Of a DNA stretch of 64,000 nucleotides, positions 1-10,521 are shown in pieces. The notes beneath the pieces are model-generated. The model was not told where the DNA came from. It searched no databases and worked only from the letters and a program-made list of their open reading frames with translations. How positions within the stretch are numbered: position 1 is the first letter of the stretch; every line of letters begins with the position of its first letter. The DNA comes from Candidatus Poribacteria bacterium (GTDB lineage: Bacteria > Poribacteria > WGA-4E > WGA-3G), in NCBI GenBank assembly GCA_963663765.2, contig CAXXUA010000004.1, positions 448,001 through 512,000 of the forward strand, written 5' to 3'. The position numbers were made by a program, and so were the translations under genes.

Positions 1-2237
1 TTACTATCTCTATCAAGTTCTATTCTAACATCACCTAAACCTAAAGTTCCTCCTCCACCAGAAATCGTAGAACTGCTATTTCCCTGTTTGAGCTGATATC
101 CCTTACCTTTTTTCTTCAACTCAATCTGTTCTGTTTGCATCCAGTTGAGGATTGCTTTTGCTTCTTCAGCTTTGCTTGCATATTCTATCGGTGGTTTCGG
201 TGGGATTATATTATGGCTTAGTTCCTTACCTTTAATCTCATTTCTTGCTTTAGTAACTATTTGATCCCAATCCCAAAGGAGTATTGTACCATCAGAACTT
301 GCGGTAGCTAATGTCTTTCCATCATGAGAGAACTTGAGGGAATTGATTCTTTCTGTATGTCCCGTTAGTCTTCCAAGATTCCAACCCATGTTAGCATCAA
401 TTAATTGGATCTCGTAATCCCAACCTATTCTTCTTGCGAAGAGTAGTATCTTACTATCAGGAGAGAATCCTAACTCGTCCCCTATTCTGGTGACCTCTAT
501 CGTTCCAAGTTTTATTATCTCGTTTTGTTCAATCGTCCACAGAACGATGCCCTTTCGCGAACCAGTAGCCAGTCGTGTGTTGTCAGGAGAAAATGCTAAT
601 GCTGTAGTCTTTTCCATATCTTGGTGTGTTATTTCCTTTTGTGTTCTTGCATTCCATAAACGTGTTGTCGCATGTGTGCCATAAGCTGCAAAAAGTTTTC
701 CATTTGGGGAATATACCAACTCTCTTGGAAATGGTTCTATTGCATGAATGCTGAACACTTCCTCTCCAGTGTCAATGTTCCATGCAATAATGCCATCCCA
801 GCCGACACATGCAGCTAGGACCTTCTTATCGTTGGAAAATACAAGTCCATTAATGGATTTCTCTATATTTTCCCACGGACCGGAAATCTCCTGATCTGTG
901 GTAATGTCGCGCACTCTAACCCCATCAAGATTGATTTCTCCACCTCCGCTGAAACCAGAACTCAACGGATCATAAACCTTTATCCAGTTTTGGCTGCGCG
1001 TAGCAAGAAGCGTCGCATCATCAGATAATGTCACAACGTCTAAAAATTTATTTTCACCTAAATTGAAACTATTTATACTGCTGCCGTCTTTAACATTCCA
1101 AACATCTATTGTGCCATTCAAACCTACACTTGTAAGTATCGTGCTGTCTTTAGTAAATTCCATTGTAGAGACTGATTCGGAAAACCCAGTTGCAAAAGTT
1201 GAAATCTCAAAACCCGTGTTTTGGTCCCAAAATCGAATTGTTCCATCATAGCTACCGCTCGCAATCGTTCTACCATCTGGGGACGCGGTTAACGCACATA
1301 TCCCATTCGTGTGTCCTGCAAGTATTGCAAGTTCGTCATTCGTTTCTACTGACCATAGTCTGATGATACCTGCTGCATCACCACTTGCAAGGATTTCTCC
1401 ATTGTGAGAAAAAGTAACGGATAAAATCCGCGATCTGTGATTTTTTAGGATTGAGAGGTTCTTGCCATTTTCTGTGTTCCAAATACAGACTGTCTTATCC
1501 TCACACCCACTCGCAAGAATTTTTCCATCTGGTGAGAATGCTAATGTCCATACTTCCTTGTCTTCATTATTCAGTAATCCTGCGTGTCCTCTTAGTCTAA
1601 CACGGGTATTCCCTATTGTGTCAAATAGATTTATCCCTCCTACCCGATTGCCAGTCGCAAATCCGTTGTATTCTTTTGAGTAAGCAAGTGCTTCGAATGA
1701 TTCTAACTGACCAACTCTCTTTGATCTTGTTCCTGATTCAATATCCCAATGACTAATTGTTCTATAAGTGTTCATAGTAATAAATGTATTACCATCTTCA
1801 ACATAATCCAAGAATGAAATAGAGGCGTGACTTGATATAATATCCCTAATCTCTATATTTTCATTTGTTAAGTTAACATGCGATAGTTTTTTTGCTGTAT
1901 TTACATCCCACAGTTGTATGATAGGGTTAGAAAACCCTCCACTTGCAATTGTCTGTCCATCTGGTGAGAACGCAATTGCATTGACCTGTCCTTTATGTCC
2001 TGTAAACATAGCAGTCTCTTGACCTGTTTGGACATCATATAACCACAATCCGACATCTGTTCCCACGGCAAGATGTGATCCATCTGGTGAAAATCGCATG
2101 ATATTTATGCCACCTTTACCTAAACGTGCGATTGCTCCTTCAGGTAATCCTGCCTTCGTGTTGTCTTGGGCATAACTTAACGTGAGACATGTCATGATTA
2201 TCTGCAGAACAATGACAAATATAAGTTTCGTTTTCAT
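1..2237 (-). CDS. Secreted WD40-repeat (beta-propeller) protein, runs off the window start
   Basis: Hand translation from ATG 2237: MKTKLIFVIVLQIIMTCLTLSYAQDNTKAGLPEGAIARLGKGG (signal peptide), then WD40 units such as GHKGQVNAIAFSPDGQTIASGG..IQLWDV. Absent from the ORF track, consistent with no stop inside the window. Confidence 0.85.
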   Translation of the reverse strand, partial: MKTKLIFVIVLQIIMTCLTLSYAQDNTKAGLPEGAIARLGKGGINIMRFSPDGSHLAVGTDVGLWLYDVQTGQETAMFTGHKGQVNAIAFSPDGQTIASGGFSNPIIQLWDVNTAKKLSHVNLTNENIEIRDIISSHASISFLDYVEDGNTFITMNTYRTISHWDIESGTRSKRVGQLESFEALAYSKEYNGFATGNRVGGINLFDTIGNTRVRLRGHAGLLNNEDKEVWTLAFSPDGKILASGCEDKTVCIWNTENGKNLSILKNHRSRILSVTFSHNGEILASGDAAGIIRLWSVETNDELAILAGHTNGICALTASPDGRTIASGSYDGTIRFWDQNTGFEISTFATGFSESVSTMEFTKDSTILTSVGLNGTIDVWNVKDGSSINSFNLGENKFLDVVTLSDDATLLATRSQNWIKVYDPLSSGFSGGGEINLDGVRVRDITTDQEISGPWENIEKSINGLVFSNDKKVLAACVGWDGIIAWNIDTGEEVFSIHAIEPFPRELVYSPNGKLFAAYGTHATTRLWNARTQKEITHQDMEKTTALAFSPDNTRLATGSRKGIVLWTIEQNEIIKLGTIEVTRIGDELGFSPDSKILLFARRIGWDYEIQLIDANMGWNLGRLTGHTERINSLKFSHDGKTLATASSDGTILLWDWDQIVTKARNEIKGKELSHNIIPPKPPIEYASKAEEAKAILNWMQTEQIELKKKGKGYQLKQGNSSSTISGGGGTLGLGDVRIELDRDS

Positions 2238-2729
2238 CTCTTAATCTATGCAATATGTTACTTAATCTATGCAATATGTTAGTCGTTTTGCGTTGTGCTA
2301 AACGAATGTTTATTTTTATTCAATGAAAGTACTGATTATCTGAATACATACCGTTGATATGTCGTGTAAAATAACTTTTAAGCCAGTCATAGTAAGGACT
2401 GAAAGGCATTAATTTTCCAGAAGATAATTTTTTATGTGGTTTATTGGTATTTGTTTTTTCAATCATTTATTTTTGAGTTAAATTTGACGATTCGTTTTTA
2501 AAATGTTTTCAAATGAAAACATTTTTCGTTTTTTGAAAACATTATATATATATTGCTATAAGCCCAGTCGTAGCAAAGGTTTTCAGATGTTTTATTGGAA
2601 ATTTAAAAAATATTTTTCGGTGAAATGTAACATTCTGTTATTTAGATGAGCAGTACGTTTCAACTCTATATATTTGTTATGTAATATGTATTATAACACA
2701 TATAAATATTCCTGTCAAGAATTTTTCGA

Positions 2730-2851
2730 CAGGACATACGCAGTTTTCATGATTTAATCAAGAATTGTGCTGAAAATGATGTAATTTCCAGCACAATTCT
2801 TGCTTCCAGCGCGCTTACAAAGCGCGCCTACCGTTGGGTGTTTAAGTCCTG
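2730..2851. mobile_element. 122-bp MITE (CAGGACTTACGCA-type TIR), copy 1
   Basis: Ends CAGGACATACGCA / TGTTTAAGTCCTG; 5-bp target duplication TTCGA (2725-2729, 2852-2856); homologous, inverted, to 26079-26200 and 26264-26385. Confidence 0.85.
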
Positions 2852-2884
2852 TTCGAAATAACTGATGCAGTTATAAAAGTATTA

Positions 2885-3886
2885 TTACATCTCATCATTC
2901 CATTGAAGAACAACCCCGAGTAGTCCAGGATTCCATTCCATTAGCAATTGATAGGCTTTCGGTGCGTCATGACCGGGAACACGATGACTAATCAATGGTG
3001 CAACATTGAACCTTTTATGTGCGATGAGAGATAACATCAACCGTCCATCATCTTCGCTGGTCCAGAAATTTGGTGCGGACTCTTGTCGTGGACGAATGGA
3101 ATTGTGTGCACCATAGAGTACTAATCCCTTTTTATGCACATCACGATAGAAGTTAACTTTTGGTGTTTCTCCACGTGTGCTTGCTAACAATACCAGGCGC
3201 GCTCCCCAACCTGCTGCAGACAACGCTGTTGTAATCGCATCTGGATGTCCCGTTGCTTCAATCACGATTGCTGGACCTTTACCCATGGTGGCATTTTTCA
3301 ATCTTTCAGAAAAATCTAAATCCTCTGGGTTTAGAGTATCATCAGCACCAACGCATTTTGAGAGTTCAAGACGGCTATCAGTTAAATCTGCTGCTATCAC
3401 GGGGATTGCACCACTCAATTTCGCAAGCTGCAGCGCAAGCAAACCGATGAGTCCTTGTCCTATGACCAATGCAGATTCTCCCAATTCAATCCGTGCTTTC
3501 CGTACCCCTTGTAGGGCAATTGCACTGAGATTGAAAAAAACTGCTTCTTCTGATGGGAAATCAGTAGAGTCAACTTTTAACAAGCGATTCGGAGATGTAA
3601 CAAAATGACTCGTATGTCCGTGTGTTGATGCAACGCGATCCCCTACTGCAAATCCACTCACACCATTTCCAACATCAACGATTTTACCGATATTGCTATA
3701 ACCGGGACGTGATGGATACCTTCCCATTGCATTTGGAAGACCCAATAAAAATGCACGTTCAGTTCCAGGACTGATGAGCGTACATTCTGATGCAACCAGT
3801 ACTTCATTGTCTTTTATCGCTGGAATTTCAAACTCTTCAATGTCAACTTTGGCACGTTCCAGCCAAATCACTCGTTGTCCTTGCAT
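2885..3886 (-). CDS. Medium-chain (zinc-binding ADH family) dehydrogenase/reductase
   Basis: ISPGTE, PGYSNIG, GQGLIG Rossmann motif, IEATG; 333 aa. Confidence 0.85.
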   Translation of the reverse strand: MQGQRVIWLERAKVDIEEFEIPAIKDNEVLVASECTLISPGTERAFLLGLPNAMGRYPSRPGYSNIGKIVDVGNGVSGFAVGDRVASTHGHTSHFVTSPNRLLKVDSTDFPSEEAVFFNLSAIALQGVRKARIELGESALVIGQGLIGLLALQLAKLSGAIPVIAADLTDSRLELSKCVGADDTLNPEDLDFSERLKNATMGKGPAIVIEATGHPDAITTALSAAGWGARLVLLASTRGETPKVNFYRDVHKKGLVLYGAHNSIRPRQESAPNFWTSEDDGRLMLSLIAHKRFNVAPLISHRVPGHDAPKAYQLLMEWNPGLLGVVLQWNDEM

Positions 3887-3997
3887 AAAATATTCACCCC
3901 TTAAAAAATGAAGGATAATCGCTTATGGAGTATACCACAAAAACGACTATCCTTCAATTGAATATTTCATCTGAAGAAACGACACTATATTTGGATT

Positions 3998-5623
3998 CTA
4001 CCTGTCATTGGGTTTAATCCTTAATGTCTTATAATGTCCAGTGTTGTCTATTTCTTTGAAATAGATGAGCACAAGGCTTTCATCACTCTCTTTGAGTTGT
4101 TTGACGATTTTCTCGTAATCTTTAAAGTTATTTACAGGGTTATAATCTATCTCTTTAATGAGAAACCCTTTTTGTATACCTTTATTTGCTGCACTACTGT
4201 TAGGTTCAACCTTGGTTACAATTACACCTTCATCGTCCTTGTGTCCGTATCGTTTTGCGAGTTCAGGTGTTAGTTTTTCTACCTGCATGCCAGCAAAAGT
4301 TTCCTTTTCTTCATCCTTTTTTGGTATAACTGGATCCTCATTTTCAGTTACACTCGGATCAAGCGTAGCTAAAGCTTCTACTGTCCTTTGTTCTAATTTT
4401 GCAGTTAGCTGCTTGACTTTGCCTCTTCGGAGTATCTGTATCTGCACAGAAGCACCAACAGCAGTTGCACCAACAGCATGTCTTAAGTGTGCTGGATCCT
4501 GAATCTTTTCATTATTGAATACGAGTATAATGTCACCGCGTTTAATACCAGCCTTTTCTGCTGGACTCCCTCGTCCGACTTGATCAACAAGTACACCGAT
4601 TGGTTCATCAAGATTGTGTTTTTCTGCAAAATCATGGGTGATAGGTCCCATAGTTATTCCAAGCCAACCACGAATGATTTCTCCATTTTCAATGAGATCA
4701 GGGAGTATCTGCTTTACGAGATTGCTTGGAATTGCGAAACCTAAACCGATGTTGCCAGTTGTTATTCCACCAGTTGCAATGAAGGTATTAATACCAACTA
4801 GTTCTCCCCTGATATTTATCAGGGCACCACCACTATTCCCTTTGTTAATGGGGGCATCGGTCTGAATGAATCTTCCATAAGCAGTGAATCCTGTTCGTCC
4901 TTTTGCACTCACAATCCCGCGTGTTACCGATTGGGAATAGTTCAACGGTGTTCCAATAGCGATGACCCATTCTCCAACTTCCAGAGCGTTTGAATCTCCG
5001 AAAGGCAGCACAGAAAGTCCATCAGCATCAATCTTAATAACCGCTAAGTCCGAACCACCTACATTTTTCATAGCAGAATCGCTTCCAATTAACTCTGCTT
5101 TATATTCCTTACCGTTCGCTAAGGTTACAGAAATCTCTTCTGCATTTTCAATAACATGGTTATTCGTCAGAATATAACCGTCTTCACTGACTATCACGCC
5201 AGAACCGACTCCGCGGGGTGGAGTTGGGTTAGGTATATTCGGCATGTTCGGCATTAACTCTCTAAAGTCGAACTCAAACCAATCATCAGGTCTTCTCTGG
5301 TTGTCTCTATCCCTATCTTCCCGTGGAATTCCCTGAAATCTAAAGCGATTATTAGACTGGTTATTATTTTGCTTTATTTTCGTTGTAATTTGCACAACTG
5401 AAGACCGCGTTCGAGAAACAAGATTTATAAATGCACGATTGGCGCGATCAAGATATTGAAAATCTTCTGATTCTAAAAATGCATTGTCGGTTTCACCGAT
5501 AGCTGTAGGAATAACAAACTTATCTCCACCCTGTTGTATAATTAATCCTGTTACCAATACAAGTCCAACAAATACCAAAATGAATGCTGTACGTCTACCG
5601 AGTTTGTTTTTCAAATTAGTCAT
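3998..5623 (-). CDS. HtrA/DegQ (Do family) serine protease with two PDZ domains
   Basis: N-terminal TM; catalytic motifs TNNHV, SDLAV, IQTDAPINKGNSGG; two PDZ-like segments (SPAEKAGIKRGD, SSAANKGIQKG). Confidence 0.95.
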   Translation of the reverse strand: MTNLKNKLGRRTAFILVFVGLVLVTGLIIQQGGDKFVIPTAIGETDNAFLESEDFQYLDRANRAFINLVSRTRSSVVQITTKIKQNNNQSNNRFRFQGIPREDRDRDNQRRPDDWFEFDFRELMPNMPNIPNPTPPRGVGSGVIVSEDGYILTNNHVIENAEEISVTLANGKEYKAELIGSDSAMKNVGGSDLAVIKIDADGLSVLPFGDSNALEVGEWVIAIGTPLNYSQSVTRGIVSAKGRTGFTAYGRFIQTDAPINKGNSGGALINIRGELVGINTFIATGGITTGNIGLGFAIPSNLVKQILPDLIENGEIIRGWLGITMGPITHDFAEKHNLDEPIGVLVDQVGRGSPAEKAGIKRGDIILVFNNEKIQDPAHLRHAVGATAVGASVQIQILRRGKVKQLTAKLEQRTVEALATLDPSVTENEDPVIPKKDEEKETFAGMQVEKLTPELAKRYGHKDDEGVIVTKVEPNSSAANKGIQKGFLIKEIDYNPVNNFKDYEKIVKQLKESDESLVLIYFKEIDNTGHYKTLRIKPNDR

Positions 5624-5738
5624 TTTCTAGTACCTCCACCAAATATAATCAATTCTGTATTGTAATATTTCTTTTTTTACCTAATTAAAACACACTTTTT
5701 AAGCATCAAAGTTGCAAAAAGTATATGTAAAAGTCTTT

Positions 5739-6095
5739 CTACTCTCCACGAGAAATCTTGTCTACATGTTCACGGACAATTTGTTCTGGGCAACTCTTGA
5801 TAAATATCCATGCTCCCGGTACCAAAATAATCAAAGCACCAATCAAGAGATCTTCTAACCTTCCAACAATAGGAAAGACATCAGGAATGAAATCAATAGG
5901 GATCACCAAATAGGCGATAGCAAATGCTCCAGCGAGAATTTCTGTAATTACAAGAATCGCCTTCCGATAGACAGGAACGCGCTCGTCACGAAATAACCGC
6001 ATAGTCAACCGAATAAAGTTCGGAAAATGGAGTAAGATGCGAAAAAAACGTATGAGACCCCGTCCTTTAGCACCAAAGAAAAATGGATTAATCAT
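5739..6095 (-). CDS. YkvA/DUF1232-like membrane protein
   Basis: Motif YLVIPIDFIPDVFPIVGRLED. Confidence 0.8.
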   Translation of the reverse strand: MINPFFFGAKGRGLIRFFRILLHFPNFIRLTMRLFRDERVPVYRKAILVITEILAGAFAIAYLVIPIDFIPDVFPIVGRLEDLLIGALIILVPGAWIFIKSCPEQIVREHVDKISRGE

Positions 6096-6299
6096 ATATC
6101 CATTTTACCAAAACAATAGGACACAGTGCAAGTCATTTTTCTTTGCTACTATGTTAAATAGCGTCGATTTAATTTTTCTTTTATTTTTTTGCAATTTGTG
6201 TTAGTATATTTTTTACTATTCTGGTAATAATTGTAATTATCCGTAACCTTTAGTGGAAATCAAAAACAGACGATATGTCACACAAGGAGAACTTCAGAA

Positions 6300-7091
6300 A
6301 TGAAAACTAATTACATCTTCACAATTTTGGTCCTTATAATGATGTTGAGTGTGTCTGTGTCATTGTATGCACAAGTGCAAAAAGAAAACCTTGTTGGGTG
6401 GTGGCATTTTGAAGACGAAACGGAAGAAACAGGTAACTGGAGTGATTTGATGCTTGAAGGTGCTACACTTGAGGGTGGTCAACTTGTCCTTGGAAACGGT
6501 ATGTGGGCACATACTGTTGAATACAGTGGACCTGACATCATAGAATTGACGTTGGCAGCTTGGGTAACATTAGATAACCTTGACGAAAAAAATGGTTCCG
6601 CATTAACATTGGATGGAAATAATAGAGATCAGTTTTGTGGAATAGTCTATGGTGAGAGGACTGCCAGACAGTGGATGTCCGGCAGTAGCAACTTTCTTCG
6701 GACACATGATTTTCCACAAGTAGTTACTGAAAGCAAAACTGGTGAAAAGCTTTTGTTAGCGATCACTTACAAGGATACTGGGAATAAGTACGAGGTCACT
6801 GGCTACCGGAACGGAAAAAGTATGGGGAGTTATAAAGCTAATCATCAAGGTAACCCTATGGTTCTCCAAACATGGACAGAAGATACTTCCGAGGCAATAA
6901 TGGGTACGCGCCATACTACTGGTGGAAATAATAAGGTGACTCGCAATTTCATCGCTGCACATCTTGAAGAAGCACGAATATACAATGTTGCATTGACAGA
7001 AGCAGATATTCAAAAAATGTATAGTGGTGACCTTCCAGTTGAACCACTCGGAAAACTTGCAACGCGTTGGGGAAAAATAAAATCACGGTAA
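6300..7091 (+). CDS. Secreted LamG/concanavalin-A-like jelly-roll protein
   Basis: AAGGAG RBS, signal peptide, LVGWWHFE...EARIYNVALT pattern, C-terminal PVEPLGKLATRWGKIK tail. Confidence 0.8.
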   Translation: MKTNYIFTILVLIMMLSVSVSLYAQVQKENLVGWWHFEDETEETGNWSDLMLEGATLEGGQLVLGNGMWAHTVEYSGPDIIELTLAAWVTLDNLDEKNGSALTLDGNNRDQFCGIVYGERTARQWMSGSSNFLRTHDFPQVVTESKTGEKLLLAITYKDTGNKYEVTGYRNGKSMGSYKANHQGNPMVLQTWTEDTSEAIMGTRHTTGGNNKVTRNFIAAHLEEARIYNVALTEADIQKMYSGDLPVEPLGKLATRWGKIKSR

Positions 7092-7136
7092 GATTTGAAT
7101 ACTTTTGTAGGTGCGGTGTTCTGTCGTACCCTTATA

Positions 7137-7268
7137 CGTCAATTTAAGGATTTTGACCTCTTGTGGGAGGGGTTTTCAACCCCGATTTAGCAATTTGAAA
7201 CCTGTATATTCGGGGTTGAAAACCCCTCCCACAAGAGAATATGCCATCAGCACTTTCTTAAATTGACG
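7137..7268. repeat. MITE-like element (TIR CGTCAATTTAAG) with internal 28-bp inverted REP pair
   Basis: CGTCAATTTAAG (7137) / CTTAAATTGACG (7257-7268); internal IR 7158-7185 vs 7210-7237; related ends near 10560 and 50332. Confidence 0.7.
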
Positions 7269-7410
7269 CTTAAAGTGTTGATTTCTATCTACCGTGAATA
7301 ATGAAGACTATTGTGTTTATATTGACGAGTTGTGCTAATTAACTATATGTTAATCATTGTTTCACATAAGCATGACGTTTTGCAAGTCTCATTCATAGTT
7401 TGAAACGATC

Positions 7411-7488
7411 TTCAGTCCCGTAGGGACGATATGTTTATAGAAAAACGTCATAGTACATCCTCTTTAGTCCCGTAGGGACGATATGTTT
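7411..7488. repeat. REP-like hairpin repeats AGTCCCGTAGGGACGATATGTTT
   Basis: Two direct copies here; further copies, partly inverted and tandem, at about 27228-27360. Confidence 0.7.
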
Positions 7489-8262
7489 GCATTATAAACC
7501 TAATATAACGCAAGTTGCTACCTATAAGGTTTAGACAAATAAGCACCTATTTTTATAGAGTATAATCCACTTTTCGGTAGTATTTGTAGCACAAACTGTC
7601 AGTTTGTGTTCACTGATGCACATTCTAACAGATTGTGCTACATTGGTAGCAACATAGGTTAATATATGTAAAAACTTTGAAAACAATGGGTTAACTGGCA
7701 CAAGTCGTTATGTTACCAAATCAATACACTACGAACAAAACGCAAACCCTCTTTGCTCCAGCGAAGCAATATGTTTATAGCCACATTGTCAACCGAACAA
7801 ACTGAAAACTAACAACTGAAAACTACTGTAAATCTATTGGAAATCCCAATAAACAAACACCCAAAACCTTACCAACCCCACCCATAAACATATATAATAT
7901 AGACAATACAAAATACACGAAAAAAACACAAAATACATCAACAAAAAAACCGTACCGAAAAATAGAAAATATTTTCCAAAAAACCGCACAAAAAACAACG
8001 ATCAACATAGATGACAACTGGACGCAACGCGTGTTTTCAAAACCGTACCGCAAACCGAGAAAACCGTACCGCACGGTACGGTTTCAAATTGTAGAAATTT
8101 CTTATGAAATCTCAAAAAATAAACTACAATTTGCAGTCATTTTTCACTAAAAAAGAGCAAAATCTCACTAACTATCGTAAAGCATATAATTATTAGGACA
8201 TTTTGAGCATCAACCTGTTAATTTATGCAGAGGTGGACATAAACTACAGCATTCCATAGAGT

Positions 8263-8582
8263 ATACTATAGTTTGGACAATTTTATTCAAACATGTGTTG
8301 ATAAGAAATTGGTTGACCGCTTATGATACCAAATCAAGACAAAACGACCAGTACAGAATCTTTCTTTGCTCCAGCAGAGCAATATGTTTATAGTCACATT
8401 GTCAGTCCACATCCCCGCTCCAGCGGAGCGGTATGCGCGGATATTCCGTTTTCTATAAACATAGCACTCCGCTGGAGCGCAGCATTTTCTACAGTTTCAC
8501 GAATATACGAAACTCGTAGAAAAATAGACGTTCTATTGAATACTCAACTTCTACAAACTGAGAATTGTCCAAACGATAGTAT
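8263..8582. mobile_element. About 320-bp MITE (TIR ATACTATAGTTTGGACAATT)
   Basis: TIRs at 8263-8282 and 8563-8582; internal GCTCCAGCGGAGC hairpins; inverted partial copy at about 60230-60478 and a fragment at about 7705-7790. Confidence 0.75.
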
Positions 8583-9015
8583 TTAATAGCAAAAAACAAA
8601 AATGTCACACTTTCCAAAATAAGAGTTTTTTAGATTCACACAAAAACACTTCTAAACCCTTACTATGACTGCGACTATAGCCAATATGAAATGTTACCAA
8701 AAAAACGATAAAAGTGTCCATTTGGAAACATTTTGTGAACAATAAAACGAAAATACATTGGAAATTTAACACCCGTTTGTCTCTGAATTAGAAAAAAGTT
8801 GTGCAAAAAATATGAGATTTCAAGTAAAATAACTACTACTTATCTCATAAATGGAAGAAGGGGGTTCTAACCGCGATTTAAAAGACACACGAAATGGCGA
8901 AGTGGAACAAAATCGCATTTATGAGATAGGGTGTATAGAAGGTTAATGTATACGATCAAAATAACAGTTTCAGACAAAATAACAGTTTCAGAATACATAA
9001 ACGGAGACATTGAAT

Positions 9016-10521
9016 ATGCAAACACATTCAAACCTGTTAAGCGATAAACAGATGCAAGATTTCATTGTACGCGGATATGTCACTGTGAAAACGGAGCTTC
9101 CAAGAAGTATCCACGAAACCATCTACCGAAAAACACAGGACTGCACGGAGAAAGAAGGAAACCCAGGGAATAATATCTTACCAAGGGTGCCAGAACTTCA
9201 AGCAGTTTTTGATGATTCTAACGTACGTGGTGCATTTACCAGTATCTTAGGTAAGAATTATGTGATGCATTCACATCGGCATCCACATCGGAATGCACCA
9301 CATAGTAAAGGTCAAGGTTTCCACATGGATAGCTACTGGGGACATCAGAAGGTACGACACCATTATCCACGTTGGGCAATGGCGTTCTATTATCCACAAG
9401 ATACTCCACAGGAAATCGGTCCTTCGTCTGTCCTATCGGGAACGCAATACTACAGTCAACGGATTACGGATGATAACAACGGTGAAATCGTCTTGAGTGG
9501 TGAAGCAGGAACAGTATCCATCATCCATTTTGATTTGTGGCATCGTGCGATTGCAAATCAGACCGACAAAACACGTTACATGATGAAGTTTCAGTTTATT
9601 CGTCTGGATGAACCACAAAAACCGGAATGGAATGTGGAAAGCAATAATTGGAATACTCATGAATATGAATTAAATAAGAATCCTGCATCAGAAAAGCATC
9701 AAACCACATGGCGACATGTGTGGAATTGGATGACAGGAAATGGAAACAGACATGCCACCCAAAATACCAATGGTAATTTGGGGAAACACATTGAAAAACT
9801 ATGTGATGAGAACCCTAATGTCCGTTCTGATGCTGCTGATGAAATAGGACAGTTAGGTGAAAATGCATCAGATGCACTTCCCGCACTTAGTCAAGCATTG
9901 CATGATGAATATGAACCTGTACGACTAAACGCTGCTTATGCTTTGGGGGCAATTGGGGAAGAGGCAGTACCTGTTCTAATTGAGAATCTTGTCTCCGAAA
10001 ATGGACAAGTAAGACGTAAGGCTGCGTATGGTTTAGGCGCAGTTGGAGCACCTGCAGTACCAGCACTTATTGAGGTATTAGAACATGAAAATGATGATGT
10101 TAGAGTTGAAGCAACTTATGCATTAGCACAAATTGGAAATGATGCTAACCCCGCAGTTGCAGCATTGATTGCAAGATCAAAAGATAATAAGGTTGAAGTC
10201 CGTAGATATATTCCAGAAGCTTTTGGCAGCATTGGTGTAAACGCAGCACCCGCAGTACCAACGTTAATTGAAATGTTAGAAAATGATGAAGATGTACAAG
10301 TCCGTTTTGAGTCTGCATTGGCATTAGCACAGATTGGTCCTGCCTCTGTTGATGCAATACCAGTATTGACAAACGCTTTACATGATAAAAACCGATATGT
10401 ACGTGACAATTCTATACATGCACTCAGACAAATAGATACGCCAGAAGCTAAGACTGCACTAATGGATTACTTAGTGACAACGCGTTGGTGTGACATCACC
10501 AACAAGGACAGTAAATTTTGA
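9016..10521 (+). CDS. Phytanoyl-CoA dioxygenase (PhyH)-like domain fused to HEAT/PBS-lyase repeats
   Basis: GFHMD (HxD) and DLWHRA motifs of the Fe/2OG facial triad; C-terminal repeats VRxxAAYALGxIG..AVPAL. Confidence 0.85.
   Translation: MQTHSNLLSDKQMQDFIVRGYVTVKTELPRSIHETIYRKTQDCTEKEGNPGNNILPRVPELQAVFDDSNVRGAFTSILGKNYVMHSHRHPHRNAPHSKGQGFHMDSYWGHQKVRHHYPRWAMAFYYPQDTPQEIGPSSVLSGTQYYSQRITDDNNGEIVLSGEAGTVSIIHFDLWHRAIANQTDKTRYMMKFQFIRLDEPQKPEWNVESNNWNTHEYELNKNPASEKHQTTWRHVWNWMTGNGNRHATQNTNGNLGKHIEKLCDENPNVRSDAADEIGQLGENASDALPALSQALHDEYEPVRLNAAYALGAIGEEAVPVLIENLVSENGQVRRKAAYGLGAVGAPAVPALIEVLEHENDDVRVEATYALAQIGNDANPAVAALIARSKDNKVEVRRYIPEAFGSIGVNAAPAVPTLIEMLENDEDVQVRFESALALAQIGPASVDAIPVLTNALHDKNRYVRDNSIHALRQIDTPEAKTALMDYLVTTRWCDITNKDSKF

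Noticed and set aside
8323-8586. ORFs 8323-8586, 60289-60489, 7823-8074 and 10544-10741
   Set aside because: They lie within MITE/REP or low-complexity DNA and show no protein motifs.
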